The notes under the pieces: generated by a model | Told to the model about the DNA's origin: nothing | The model's database searches: none | What the model saw: only the letters and a program-made list of their open reading frames with translations | From: Camelus dromedarius | Lineage: Eukaryota | Assembly (NCBI RefSeq): GCF_036321535.1 | Contig: NC_087436.1 | Span: 21,020,001-21,084,000 of the forward strand | Direction: 5' to 3' | DNA: 64,000 bases | In this document: in pieces, positions 1 through 13,912 of the stretch | Layout: the number at the start of each line of letters is the position of its first letter | Position numbering within the stretch: position 1 is the first letter of the stretch | Program-made: the position numbers and the translations under genes

Positions 1-779
1 AATGCAGAGCAACCAATATAGCTAAAGAATGAGTTTTATTAATTGGTGTGGCTTCCTTTGTGTGACATTATAACCGTAAATAAAGATATCTTCAGATGTA
101 AGTAAAATCTTTATAAGTATTAAAATATTAAATATAAAAAGGAAAATAAGATAAACGTTACTCCTTCAAAAAATTTTAAACTGCAATTTTAATTCTTCTT
201 GGTGAGTAACCCTCTAGAATCATCAAATTAATTTCAGATACATTCAATGCTTGATAGATTGTATTTGACAGTTTATTCAGAGAAAGTCAAGGTCTTGACA
301 TTTCAGTGTTTTATCCATTTACATACAGCCTGAAATGGTCTTTTTAGAGTGAAACATTGATTAAAAATAACCAAAGCGTAAAGATTCAATTCCATTCATT
401 CATATCAAGAGCTACAGCTTCTCTCATTTGTAAAATTAAGTCAGGCACTCAGTAGATCCATTTGGCTTGCATTGTATGTAACATCGTGAGCACAATGTAA
501 GAATGTGTTCATTAACTGGCTCTTTCAAATATTTAATTCTCTGAGCAGAGAAGGATTCTACATCATGTCTTCCAAGAACACTAGAAGAAAAGATGTATGC
601 TAATAAATAAGTAATAGCAAAACGTCAAGATACACTTAAAAGTCAAATACAAGTAAAACTTTCTGAACGGGTAGAGAATTGCCAAAGACCATAGTCCTGT
701 CATAGCAAATGGATAATTGTCCATATTGGCTGAAATCTCATACTACATAATTGGCCCTTTGGGAATTCTATTCATGCTG

Positions 780-1645
780 TTTTGTTGTCTTGCTTTTGAC
801 GTCATGTCCAAGAAATCATTGACAAATCATTGTCAAACTTCACAAATACTGTGAAATTTTTTCCTTGTTTTCTTCTAGGAGTTTTATAGTTTTAGATTTT
901 ACATTTAGGTCTTTCATCCATTTTGAGGTAATTTTTGTAAATGGTGTCAGTTTTGTTATTTTGCATGTAGGTAAGTGTTGGTGAGGATGTGAAGAAATTG
1001 GAACTCTGTGCACTGTTGATGGAAAAGGAAAATGGTGCAGTCACTGTGGAAAACAGTATTGAGGTTCCTCAAAAAATAAAAAATAGAATTAGCATATGAT
1101 CCAGCAATTCCACTTCTGGGTATTTATCCGAAAGAATTGAAAGCAAGGCCTCAAAGAAATACACACTCAAGTTCATAGCAGCGCTATTCATAATAGCTAA
1201 GAAGTAGAAGCAACCCAGGTGCCCATCAACAAAGGAATAAATACACAAAATGTGGTGCATACATACAATGGGATATATTCAGCCTTAATAGGGAAAGAAA
1301 TATTGTCACTTGCTACAACATGGTTAAACCTTGAGGTGAAATAAATCAGTTACAAAAAGACAAATACTGTGTGACTCTACTTACATGTGGTGTATGAAGT
1401 AGCCATATTCACTGAGACAGAAAATAGATTGCTTATTGCCAGGGGCTGAGGAGGGATGGGAGAAATGGGAATTTTGTTTGTTTGTTTGTTTAATAAGTAT
1501 AGAATTTAATATAGTTTTGCAAGATGATGTACTAGAGGTCTGTTGCACAACAGTGTGAATAAACCTAACTACTGTACCCTTTAAATGGTTAAGATGGTAA
1601 ATTTTATATTACATGTTTTTTACAACAATTAAAATTAATTTTAAA
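780..1645 (+). mobile_element. Old L1 3' portion (about 973-1645, +) preceded by an inverted ORF2 fragment (about 780-968, -)
   Basis: L1 3' motifs (aagtgttggtgaggatgtg, gatccagcaattccacttctgg, atggttaagatggtaaatttt); the left part is the reverse complement of ORF2 sequence (aaaactataaaactcctagaagaaaac). Confidence 0.8.
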
Positions 1646-2069
1646 TGTATCATATAGAAATACAAGTAATTGTGTAATGTAGCTACTCAAATTTTAAAAG
1701 ATCAAAACAATACTTATTACCATAATGTATCAATTTGTGATTTTTGAAATGGAAGAGTAAATTTTAGAAAATTTAGTAAGGAATAAAGAAAAAGTTCTGT
1801 CACTTTACAAGATTTAGAAACTCAAACTTTTCTTGAATCTCCCTGAATTGTCTGTTTCAAATTGTGTGCTACCATCTATTTCAGTCACTAACAAAGTAAT
1901 AGTATGATGTTAATGATGCACTGGGTAGCTTTTAGAAAGATCTTATTCTTCCATACAGCATATTAAACATTTGATAATTATTTCACTGGATTTCTTTATA
2001 CAAGAATAAACCAGAATCATAGTAGCTTCTAGGAATCGTCAGGCTAATTTTCCTGGTTCAAAGTCATGG

Positions 2070-2245
2070 ATGCTGGCCTTGGATAGCCTGGGTTAGGGTC
2101 CCTCCTCCATCATTTCTAGTGGTAAGATTTTAAGTATATTAATTTTGCTTCACCTCACCTTCACTATCTGTACAGGGGGGATAGCTTTCTTAGTATTAAA
2201 GTAAATAAGATAATGCATGGGATGCTCTTAGCAGAGTGATCTGGA
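2070..2245 (+). mobile_element. MIR SINE relic
   Basis: Degenerate MIR core (cacctcaccttcactatctgta...aaataagataatgcatg...cttagcagagtg). Confidence 0.5.
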
Positions 2246-3479
2246 TTATATTAAGAGATATTCTGGGAAATGGGAAATTACTGGCTGAAACTGATGGGTT
2301 TCAGATACACACTTGCATGAATGGCAGATAATAAGCACCCGCAAGTATAGCAACACGACGGTGATTCAACTGTAATTCACTTTTAGGGGGGCTGCTTTCA
2401 ACTGTGCCTTAAAACATGGTGGTCATCTACAGCCATGAGATCACAAAGGAAAGCTTGATACAGAAGAACTCTCAAAACCGAGGTTGTATTATTAGTGAGG
2501 ACGTGTGAGGTTCTGAATTCTCAGTGAGATCTCAGATTGTTTCTCCCGATTTGGTCGATTTTGTCATGTAGATGTAACAGGCATCAGGATGTAACAGGAG
2601 GTTGATATGGTTTGGGAAAATTGCGTTCAAAGTGTTATTTTCATATAAAAGGATGACAAATACTAGATGCTAATGTAACCTTAAATGTCTTTTGGAATCT
2701 AAGTGTCTGCTTTTACATGCCCTTCAAATTGGGTAGAGGGGGTTGCATTTTTGCAGGATTTTATTTCTCTGATGGGAGAGAAAGTATAAAACTGGGTTGC
2801 TTTGTGGTGTGAAACTCACCCAGGTGGGTGAGGGTGGGAATAGTCAGTTAAGTGCTTACACTAGTTTGCTGCTCTTTACTGAAATGGCAGTCAATGAGGA
2901 TATTGGTGGAAAGAACTAAGTTCACTGCTGTATGTCACAGGAATTTTTTTAAATGTATTGTTAACATATATATTTAAGCAGTATTCCCAGCAGGATAGTG
3001 ATAAAAGCAATGTAGTTCCTTTGACTTTGCTCTAAAGAGGATCTATATCCAAGGATTACAGGAACTGATATATCTGGGATTTGGGGCATTCCCTCAGTCC
3101 ATATCAATTGTTTTACCATGATCAGAAGGCCAGATATAAAATACACATAATGATTTTGAGCCTTTGCATAATTTATTTTTCTGGTGAATGTGATTTTATT
3201 TCTACAGCATAGAGATTTAAATACTCTATGACATCCATCATTTGATCTTCCATTATCATTATAATTTATTATTTTTAAAGTCATGAGGTAGTCAGTGGCG
3301 AGTCACTTTTCAAAGTGATGAATGCGAACTTCCAGTTCTTTGGGTTATTTTGAAACTTTAGGTCTTTATACATTGTTAATTCAAAAACCATGGGTTGAAT
3401 TAGAAAAACAGATGACTCGGCAAAGCTGATTTTTTCTGACCTTGTTCACTCAGTCGATCAATGTTTGCGAAGTACACCT

Positions 3480-3942
3480 ACACTCACACTCTCCCTTAAA
3501 GGTCTCTGTGTCCTCATCCCTAGGATCTGTGACTGTGTTATGCGACGTGGCAGAGGGGAAAAGGTTGCATGATGGAATGAAGTGAGCTGATTCTAAGGTG
3601 GGAAGATCAGCCTGGATTACCAGGTAAGCCCAATATCATCACAAGGGTCCTTAAACGGGGACGAGGGAGGCAGAAGAGGGAGAACCAGAGAGACAGCTGC
3701 ATGAGAAGAACTTGGCTTAAATGATGGAAGGGGCCACAAGCCAAGTGATGTGAGTGGTCTCCAAAACCTACAAAGGCAAGGAAATTAATCTCCCCTAGAT
3801 CCGCCAGAAGGAGTCCTGCCAACACCTTAATTTCAGCACAGGGAGACCCATTTTGGATTTCTGGCCTCCAGATATGTAAGATAATAAATTCGCACATTTT
3901 GTTTGTGTTAATCTGTTACAGCAAAAGGAGAAAATGAGTACA
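3480..3942 (+). mobile_element. MaLR (MLT1-type) solo LTR
   Basis: MLT1 hallmarks: ggattaccaggtaagcccaatatcatcacaagggtcctta, gccaacaccttaatttcagc, ttctggcctccaga; ends near gagtaca. Confidence 0.75.
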
Positions 3943-4828
3943 GTCAACAAATATTTATTGAGCACCTGCTATGGACGCAGGGAGGTAGGGTCGGCCCCTT
4001 GGTGTCTCAGCAAAAACAGTAGGGGCCGTTTTCAGAGTGGGATCTTTCAGGAGGGGCTGAGGAGACTGAGAGGAAATGTGAGGCATCTCTAGGGAATACC
4101 AAGTAGGTCTGGGACCCAGTGTCTTTAAGTTCCTTTCCATCTCCTTTTATCTTCCTCGCACTTTCAGGAGTTGCTTTTCTTTCTCAGGAAACTGGCATTT
4201 TCTGCTGAGAAATGTGTTTCTTGGAAATAGTTGTCTTTACAAAAGTAAATGAAGTCAAAAGTAAGGAATGTAGGCATCCGAGTGATTAGATGTGGTCTTC
4301 GGTTGTCTAGCATCTTTTAAATAAATGGAAAATGGATTTCCTGTCATTCGATAGCATTTTGTTTTTACTCTGAAGGATCAGAGAAAGTGTGTTCCACGGA
4401 CTTTTACTCAAGCTGCTCTGTGGGAATATGAGATGGACCTGTCTGACTGCTCGTAGGTCCCCCAGTGAATAAGGAATGCTCCCGCGCTTAGCCAAGGAAA
4501 ATGTTTGTGGAAACTGCAAAAAAGACTGAAGGTTCACTGGAAGCTCCCTGAAACGGGACCTTATAAAATAGACGACAAGGGAAAGCTGAAAACCACCTTC
4601 TACTCATCACACAACACCATCCGTCACACTCTTCCATAAGCTGTATCTTTATGTCCTACTATAAACCTGGCTTTACACGCCTTTATTTATGGTTATCCTT
4701 GTCTGCAACTTCAAGTTTTGGGTTGACTGGTTTGTTTTTCTTTTTCTGTCCTTTTGGGGTTTGTTTTTAAAGGGTAGAACTCATAGTGATTTTTTGTTTG
4801 GGTTTTTTTTTTTTTTTGGTCTCCTACC

Positions 4829-5015
4829 TTTTTTTTTTATTGAAGTATAGTTGATTTACAATGTTGTGTTAGTTCCAAGTGTACAGCAGAGTGATTCAGT
4901 TATATATATATAACTTTTCATATTCTTTTCCATTATAGGTTATTACAAGATGTTGAATATAGTTCCATGTGCTATACAGCAGGTCCTTGTTGTTTACCTG
5001 TTTTATATGAAACAA
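4829..5015 (-). mobile_element. 5'-truncated L1 3' end (artiodactyl type)
   Basis: T-run followed by attgaagtatagttgatttacaatgttgtgttag...gtgattcagttata. Confidence 0.85.
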
Positions 5016-5903
5016 TCTTATGCACAATGTAAAAAGATATAAATCTCTCCCTCTGCTGTAGGGCACTAATTTTTCTTGTGTATGCATGTGTGTGTGTTCC
5101 CATTAGTCTTCCTTTAGCTTCTGTTAAATGCTGATATAAATGTGTCTTCCAATTTGTGGTGACAGCATTAATCCAGATTTCCTCTTTCGTGGCTCTGAAA
5201 AGGAGTTAGGTCTTGCTTTTTCACTTAATGCAAAGTAAAACTTAAGTATTGAGCAGTAATTCTTTATTTTTCTCATCCTCCTTCTGGGAAAATAGGAAAT
5301 TAAGGGTATCCCAGTAGAGCAACTTGGTACTGATGAGTGGCACTTTGTCTTATCAAGAGGTAGTTTGAGGCTCACTTGATTTTACTCGAGGACCACAGCT
5401 GATGAACTGAAGGTAAATGCCAGCACATCCATAGGCTGCTGTTCAGAAACACGACCCGGATACCTTGCTGCTTCTCAGATGCCTAAAGGAGATGAACCAC
5501 AGGCCTGTGACGCCTTCATCATTTATACTGAGAATATGTCAAGCCTTATCTGCAACTGCCAGCCTGTTTCCTTGTTTTAAATCAAGCTCTCAGGCCTTTG
5601 GGGAAAACATTCAACCTTGACATACCTGGCCTGAAGAATTGTCACTTCCATTTTAACAGCCAGACTGCTTTTTGTAGTTTGTGTGTATTCTCAATATCTG
5701 CTTTGAGTGAAAAAAGAGAAATGGGGCCTTTATTTAAGAGATAAACAAACATAGTTTATTTGGGTCAGAATGTTGTTTTAAGAACAACTGCCCTTGCAAC
5801 ATGATTCCACAAAACTGCCCAAACCACGGCATTCAACCCCAGAAAGGAAGTGTGTCCTGCTGATGCATTACATATAAACCTGTAGATAAAGAAACGCATC
5901 TCA

Positions 5904-6067
5904 AACAGCAAGGACCTACTATGCAGCACTATATTCAATATCTTGTAATAATCTGTAATGGAAAAGAATCTGAAAATATGTGTATGTATAACTGAATCAT
6001 TTTGCTGTACACCTGAAACTAACACAATATTGTAAATGGACCATACTTCAATTTAAAAAAGAAAAAA
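5904..6067 (+). mobile_element. 5'-truncated L1 3' end
   Basis: aacagcaaggacctact...ataactgaatcattttgctgtacacctgaaactaacaca...cttcaattt plus A tail; approximate TSD aaagaaacgcatctca / aaagaactcatctca. Confidence 0.85.
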
Positions 6068-6604
6068 GAACTCATCTCAGTTTCGGACTGCACATAAAAC
6101 CTGCCTGTGGTTTCTCTGCATGCCCTACTGCAACAACCAGCCTGAAAACAGAAGGCAGCAACAGAACGCAGTAACATTTTTAAGGGAAGTTTGCAATTTG
6201 GGGGAAAAATTAGGATAAGTAAAGCATAAGGACAAAGTCAGAGGAATTGGGAGAAACGTTGCAACATCACCTATACTAGACGTGAACCCTCAGGCCCCTT
6301 CAAATTCCAGCCTCGCACAAATGCTCGCACTGTGATTCAATATTCATTCAGTTGCTTTAAACTTCAATTTCACAGCCCATAGAAGCTGCCGTGTCAATCT
6401 GTGAACTTTGGCATAACTAGAGGGAGGCTTCTGAGCTCTGCCCAGCTCCCCCACTTTTCACTCCTGCCCTGTGTCACTCCTTACACTGCCACCTTCCACA
6501 CTCCCACCTCCCTCTCTCCTACCCCATTGGTCAGGCGGTCTTAGGAAAATTCACTGTAGGCTCCCAGGGCCACAGAAATCCCTACTTCAATGTAGAGTGA
6601 CCAG

Positions 6605-7118
6605 TGCTATTTACAAGAGCCAAGACATGGAAGCAACCTAAATGTCCATCACTACTCAGCCATAAAAAAGAATAAAGATAATGCCATTTGCAGCAATATG
6701 GATGGATCTGGAGATGATCATACTAAGTGAAGTAAGTCAGACAGAGAAAGACAAATGTCATAGATATCACTTATATGTGAATCTAAAAAAAAATGATACA
6801 AATGAACTTATTTATGAAACAGAAACAGACTCACAGACATAGAAAACAAACTCATGGTTGCCAGGGGGTAAGCGGGGAGGGATAGATTGGGAGTTTGGGA
6901 TTAGCAGATACACACTACTATATAAAAAATAGATAAACAACAAGATCCTGCTGTAAAGCACAGGGAACTATATTCAGTATCTTGTAACAACCTATAATAA
7001 ATAAAAAAGAACCTGAAAAAGAATATATATATAAATGTATAACTGAATCACTATGCTGTACACAAGAAACTAACCCAACTTTGTAAATCAATTATACTTC
7101 AATTTAAAAAAAAAAAAC
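6605..7118 (+). mobile_element. 5'-truncated L1 3' end with TSD
   Basis: L1 ORF2 end and 3'UTR with A tail; perfect 11-bp TSD agagtgaccag at 6594-6604 and 7119-7129. Confidence 0.9.
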
Positions 7119-7134
7119 AGAGTGACCAGAGCTT

Positions 7135-7620
7135 ATCATTCATTTATTCAACAAATATTTGTCAAGAGTCTGCTTTGTGGAAGGCCCTCTTTCAGATTCT
7201 GGGGATCCAGAAATTTTAAAAGTTAGTCAAAAATTCTTCCCTTTCAGAGTTTACATCTAGTGAGGTAGATTGTATATACTATGTTAGTTGGTCATGAGTG
7301 CACCAGAAAGTAGTAAGAGAAGTGAGAAAAAGGTTGTCTTGGGCTGGTTACAATTAAAATGTTACTGAAAGAGTGATGTTTGATGTCTTAAAAGAGGCAT
7401 AAACCAACAAATTATGGAGGGAGAAAGTTTTCCAGGTGGAATGAGCATCAAGGTGCAAAGATTCTGAGGTCTGACTTGTTTAAGGAGCAGCAAAAAGGTA
7501 GAATGAGTGCAGGGAGGAGTTGAAGAAACAAGGTCAAAGAAGTAAGAAGGACTGATCATGTGGGTTCTTGTTGGCTGGTTTTCTTAGTAAGATGGATAAC
7601 TATTAAAGGACTCCAGACAA
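7135..7620 (-). mobile_element. L2 relic
   Basis: atcattcatttattcaacaaatatttg is the reverse complement of the L2 3' end, followed by purine-rich degenerate L2 body. Confidence 0.55.
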
Positions 7621-8281
7621 AGAACTGTTTTTTTTTTTAACTGAAGTATACAAATATGGTTTACAATGTTGTGTTAATTTCTGGTGTACAGCATAGTGAT
7701 TCAGTTACACATATACATACATATATTTACTGACTGAGTATATACTTGGGTCTGTTTTTTCATTTGTTTGTGTGCTTTCAAAGCAACCAATTTGATCTGA
7801 TTGATACTTAGAAAACACTAGACAGTGATTGCAGAAGACATTTTCTACATGTATACATGCAACATTTGCCAAAATGGAGCATATACTGACCATATGATTA
7901 ATCTTAATAAATTAAAAATAAATCAATATCTAAGAAAATTAAAAGGCAAACCACAGAAACCAAGAAAATTAAAAGACAAAGCAGTGGAAATAAATGCCAC
8001 TTGGCATAACTAAACTAGTGCAAAGTGGACACTGCTAAGGAAGAGGACTCAGGGAAGGAAAGAGATGTGGCAGGAGACATATGTATCTATATATCTATGT
8101 ATCTATTATGTCCTTATATACAAATATGTAATTATGTTATTTTATGTATATTATTTTGATAAAGATCAAAGTTAAATATAAACTATATCAAAAGTAAAAT
8201 CTATTAATATGTTTTAATAGATAAAGTAGGAAAATATAACTCTCAATCAATACTAGTATCTTCTGCTTCAAAAATAATCTT

Positions 8282-9663
8282 TTTTCCCCCCACTTTGGCA
8301 ATTCTTTTTTTTTTTTATTCAGTTGTAGTCAGTTTACAATGCTGTGTCAATTTCTGGTGTACAGCATAATTTTTTAGTCATACATGAATATACATATATT
8401 CATTTTCATATTCTTTTTCACTGTGAGCTACTACAAGATATTGAATATATTTCCCTGTGCTATACAGTATAAACTTCTTTATTTATTTTATATATACCTG
8501 TCAGTATCTGCAAATCTCAAACTCCCAGTTTATCCCTTTCTACCCTCCTCCCCCCTGGCAACCACAAGTCTGTATTCTATGTCTGTGGGTCTGTTTCTGT
8601 TTTATATATAAGTTTATTTGTCTTTTTTTTTTTTAGATTCCATGTATGAGTGATATCATATGGTATTTTTCTTTCTCTTTCTGGCTTACTTCACTTAAAA
8701 TGACATTCTCCAGGGACATTCATATTGCTGCACATAGCATTATGCTGTCATTTTTATGGCCAACTAGTATTCCATTGTATAAATATACCACCTCTTCTTT
8801 GTCCAGTCATCTGTCGATGGACATTTAGGTTGTTTCCATGTCTTGGCTATTGTAAATAGTGCTGATGTGAACATTGGGGTGCAGGTGTCTTTTTGAATTA
8901 GAGTTCCTTCTGGGTATATGCCCAGGAGTGGGATTGCTGGGTTATATGGTAAGTCTGTTTTTAGTCGTTTGAGGAATCGCCATACTGTTTTCCACAATGA
9001 CTGCACCAAACTGCATTCCTACCAACGATGTAGGAGGGCTCCCTTTTCTCTACACCCTCTCCAGCATTTATCATTTGTGGGCTTTTGAATGATGGCCATT
9101 CTGACTGGTGTGAGGTGATACTTCATAGTATTGATTTGCATTTCTCTGATAATTAGTGATATTAAGCATTTTTTCATGTGCCTATTGTCATTCGTATGTC
9201 TTCATTGGAGAATTGCTTGTTCTGCCCATTTTTGGATTGGGTTGTTTGTTTTTTTCTTATTAAGTTGTACGAGCTGTTTATATATTCTGGAGATCAAGCA
9301 CTTGTCAGTTTCATCTTTTTCAAAATTTTCTCCCATTCCGCAGATTGTCATTTTGTTTTGCTTATGGTTTCCTTTGCTGTGCAAAAGCTTATAAGTTTAA
9401 TTAGGCACCATTTATTTTTGCTTTTATTTCTGTTACTTGGGTAGACTGCCGTAGGAGAATATTGCAGAGATGTATGTCAGATAATGTTTTGCCTGTTTTC
9501 TTTTAAGAGGTTTATTGTGTCTTGCCTTATGTTTAAGTCTTTAATCCATTTTGAGTTGATTTTTGTATATGATATGAGGGAGTGTTCTAACTTCATTGAT
9601 TCACATGCTGCTGTCCAGTTTTCCCAAGACAATTTGCTGAAGACACTGTCTTTATTCCATTGT
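8282..9663 (-). mobile_element. Relatively young L1, 3'-terminal 1.4 kb (ORF2 C-terminus and 3'UTR)
   Basis: ORF 8764-9009 (-) reads [12 protein letters not shown]...[10 protein letters not shown]...CTPMF...W.IYTMEY, the L1 ORF2 C-terminus; T-run at 8305-8316; candidate TSD aataatctt at 8273-8281 and 9664-9672. Confidence 0.92.
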
Positions 9664-12522
9664 AATAATCTTAATAAATTAGAGAAGAAAACACATCAAG
9701 TTGTTAAAGAATCTTTACATTACTTTAAGCATTGACACTGTGCTTCAAGTTAAAAATGTTAGAAGCAGTATTATTAAAGCAAGATACTGTATCCACTATC
9801 ATTAATATTTAACATTGTTCTATAAATTCTAACTAATGTTCTATGGAGATAAAATATAAAAGAAACATGCATAATTCTCATTATTTTAGTTGATATAATC
9901 ATCTGCATGCAAAATTAACAATCTTAAATGAAAATTCGCAGTTTTAAGATTTCTCTGAAGGTAAGAGTACAGATTTTTTTTAAACTTTTGGTATCTGTAT
10001 TCTAAATGTTTATAATGAAAAGCATCCTTGTATAATTTAAAGTATGTTAAAAATATAAATATCAAATATTTGCCTGAAGCACAAAAGTGAGAACATCTCT
10101 GTGTATATATTTAGAATTTAAATTTTTTCATATTTTACTCAAGTGTAAGTTCTAAGGATCAAAATGTTAAAGAAATATTTACCAGAAGTATGTGTTTAAC
10201 CCATTTTCTGGAGCAAAACAACTGTTACATACATAAATATTTAATTCCACTCATAAGTTGAAATCTGATTGTAATTTTAGAGAATCTCCCCATAAGGGCA
10301 AAACACTAAAATGTAAATTATTCATACATAAATGAAGATAATCACCTTATATTTTAAGGACACAATCAGTCTTAAAAGATTACAGAGGTAAGATGCTCCA
10401 AGTATATCCTAAGTTCAGTGAATTTTGCCTCTGTAGTTCAGTGTATGTTATTCTGCATTCCTTCAAAATTCATCCTCACTTAGACATCTGAATTAATGTG
10501 AGTAAAAGAGACATTTGTTATTCTGATTCCTTCTATTTCTCTTTCACCCCAGGAACATAATGTAACCATCTTTCATTCCCTTCAGACAAAGTAGTTTAAC
10601 AAATTAATGATGTGTCCTTAGTGACATCAAATTTAAAGTAGTTGGCAGTACTTGAGGAACTTTGAGCCAGTGTGGCAAGGCTAATGAGTGATGCCATGCT
10701 GGTGTTCAGTGACATCTTTTATCTGTAATAATTAGTCTGTCAGGGCATACCATGACCTTTATAATTCTACCCCTTGAAAGTAAATCAGACTATTGTTCAA
10801 TTTAGAAAAATCTATGAAAAGTTTCATAGAAATGTATCTTGTAAAGTGGTGGTATAGTGGTGAGATTAGCTGCCTTCCAAGTATATCTTGCCACTATAAT
10901 AGTGATCAATTGTATTTTAAAAACAATATTCAAGAAACAAATTAAATGACCAGCTATGTAATATTTCTCTAGAAACTGGAGATCAGGTTTCAAGACATGG
11001 ATGTTTTGTCTCTGGATCAATTTTTTTTAACCTTTTTAAAATCTTCCATTAGAAAATCCTTAATGGAATTTTTTTTCCTGTTAGTCCATTTCAAATCCTC
11101 TCTGTAACTCAAATGATTACCATTTAGTTATTGAGCTGTATGGTAACTTCTAACACAGGACTATTGTCTTATTCTTTGTAATGCATCTTTCTGAAACAAA
11201 CAGAAATTTACACAAGCCTTCAGTAAGCTTTTATTAAAGTCTTTTTTCATATATTTATTATTTATTTTTAATTTTAAAACACCATATTGATAATAAGGCT
11301 AACCATTAGAAAAACTCTTACACAAGTATTTTATAGCATTTCCCTTCAAACCTTATGTCTCCACTCCGTAGACCTCGGGTCTTTTAGTGTAGATTCATAG
11401 ATATACCTCAGAAGGCTCAAGATCACTCTGAAAATTTGGAGCAGTAGGCATATTTATGAACAAAAGAGTCCCTAATTTTCCTCAGTTCTAAAAATACCAT
11501 TGATCTTGAAATGTGAAGATACAATTTTTTTGCCAAAGGGATGGGCTTTATTTTTATTTATTCTGTATTGACATTTTCTGACTGCCTAGAATTATAATTT
11601 TGATCATTTCTATAATTTTACTATTATTCTTTTACAAGGACAATTTGATTGTATGCTCAGTAATTTCCTATAATGTATGATGGTCTTTTAGATAAAATGA
11701 CGTAGTGTTTTTATGACTCTTTCTTTACAACTGTAAAACTGTTTGTTTATATTTATCTGTATTTACATGAGACTTTATAATTAAGCAAAACTTTTGGTTA
11801 TTACCATGTACAACACATATGAATTCAAATCATAGTGTGTTACAATGGTTAGTAGTTTTAGTAGACATTGGTTTGTACCTTTCATTCAAAGCATGAATAC
11901 TGCTCATATCACCCTTGAAAGATGATCATTTTTAACCTCTATCTAGATGTTTCTAGTGGAGGGAACTCCTACATTTTAAATTGATCCAATATATTGTTGG
12001 TAGCTTTAGTTATTAGGAAGTTATCCCCTCTATAGAATTCATATTAAGGAATTTAAATTTTATCCTAAGAGTGAAAGGAAAGCATTAAAAGGATTTGTGT
12101 TTTAAAATACACACTAAAGTGCAAAGAATGAAATAGAGCTTTAAAAAATCAGTTAAGAAGCTGTTACAGATACTCAGAGAAAATTTCTTGATGGTGAGCT
12201 AGATAAGGTTGGCACAGAAATAAAAATTTTAGAGGTTTTTTAGGAGGTAAAAAGAAATAGTACTTAGTGGCTGTTTGGATTAAAGAGAAAGAGAGATGAG
12301 AAGAATGACACCCAGGCTTCCGACTGGACAGTGAGACCTTTCAATGAAATAAGAACTCAGAAAGATGAATACATTTGGAGGATCCCGTTGCATTTATGGT
12401 AGCTTTAGAGCACTATGAAGCTCAGGCAAGAAATCCAGACTAAAAGATATATTTTCAGACTCTTGAGAATAAAGCTGTATTATAAGAATACAAATAAAAA
12501 GCCATAAAAATGGATGAGATTG

Positions 12523-13378
12523 TCAAAAACAAAAGGACAAGTGACCCAACTTTAAAAAAGGATGAAGAACATGAATAGGCATTTCCCCAAAGATGAAAGA
12601 CAAATGACCAATAGGCACATGAAAAGATGTTCAATATCGTTAGCCATCAGGAAAAAGCAAATCAAAATGACAAAGAGATACCATTTCACACTCACTAAGC
12701 TGGTTATAATCATAAAGACAGATAATAACAAGTGTTGGGAAGAGTGTAGAGGAATTGGACTCCTTGTACACTACCAGTGAAATTGTATAGCCTCTTTGGA
12801 AAACAGTTTTGGCCGGGCCTCAAAAAGTCAAACAGATTTACCATAGAGCATAGCAATGCCACTTCTAGATACGTACTCAAGAGAAACAATAATATGCCAA
12901 CACAAAAACGTATACACCAGGGTTCATAGCAGCATTATTCCTAATAGCCAAAAAGTAGAAACAACCTGACGAAGGGATAAATAAAATGTGGCACATCATT
13001 ACAATGAAATATCATTGAGCAATAAAAAGGAATGAAATATTGATACAAGCTACAACATAGCTGAACCTTGAAAACATTCTGCTGAGTGAAAGAAGACGGT
13101 CACAAAGGACCACGTTATTATATGATTCCATTTATATGAAATATCCAAAAGAGGCAAATTTTTAGAGACAGAAAGTGGCTAATAGTTGGGTGTGGTGATG
13201 AGGAGGAGTAACTGACTGCTAATAGAGTCTGGGTTTCTTTGGAAAGTGATGAAAAATGTTTTGAAATTGATGGTGGTGATGGTTGTACCATGTTGTAAAT
13301 GTATTAAAAACCACTGAGCTGTACACTTTAAGTGGATGAATTGTGTAATACGTGAACTATATATCGACTTTTTTAAAC
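12523..13378 (+). mobile_element. Older L1 3' portion inserted in L2-like sequence
   Basis: ORF2-like peptide MNRHFPK...MKRCS.SL.IR..QIK; perfect 12-bp TSD tggatgagattg at 12511-12522 and 13379-13390. Confidence 0.85.
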
Positions 13379-13544
13379 TGGATGAGATTGCTTTAAGGAA
13401 AAGTACACAGTAAAACAATAGGAAAGCCTAGCACAGAACACCAAAGAGCAAAGGTGTTTCAGAAGTGGAAGGAAGGGGCGCCCACAGTGGAGACCAAGCA
13501 GAGGAGATTAAAAAGCCAAGGACAGAGGTAGCTGTCAGGAGAGC

Positions 13545-13700
13545 GCAGAAGCCAGTTCCTGGGAAAGCCAATTGCTAAATAGTCAGGAATGGTGGGTGTA
13601 TTTAAGGCCGTGGAAGGTATTTATATGAAAGAAATTGGTAACACTACAAATCAGGGCTTTACTTTCCAGAGAGCTGGTTTACCAGCACACCACACACTGC
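13545..13700 (+). mobile_element. MER63A-like hAT DNA transposon relic
   Basis: atggtgggtgtattta...ctacaaatcagggctt...gagagctggtttaccagcacaccac matches the recalled MER63 consensus. Confidence 0.6.
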
Positions 13701-13724
13701 TGATTTAAGTGGTGCAGAAGTGCC

Positions 13725-13912
13725 AAGTATTATTTGAATCATTTTATGCAGGATTTTACATAAGTCCTCACACCTACCCTAAGAGATAGGTACTGTTATT
13801 ATTCTTAACTACAAGGAAACTGAATCCTAAAGATGTTGAGTGGCTTACTCAAGGTCATGTAGCTAATCAGTGTCTGAGCCAAGAGCTGAGCCCAGACAGT
13901 CTGGCTTCAGAG
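13725..13912 (-). mobile_element. MIR SINE
   Basis: gataggtactgttatt...ggaaactgaatc...ctcaaggtcatgtagcta...cccagacagtctggcttcagag. Confidence 0.7.

Noticed and set aside
3208..3230. Bulged palindrome catagagatttaaatactctatg
   Set aside because: Short and AT-rich; expected by chance in 64 kb.
2961..3284. 107-aa minus-strand ORF
   Set aside because: No recognisable homology or splice context; consistent with a chance ORF.
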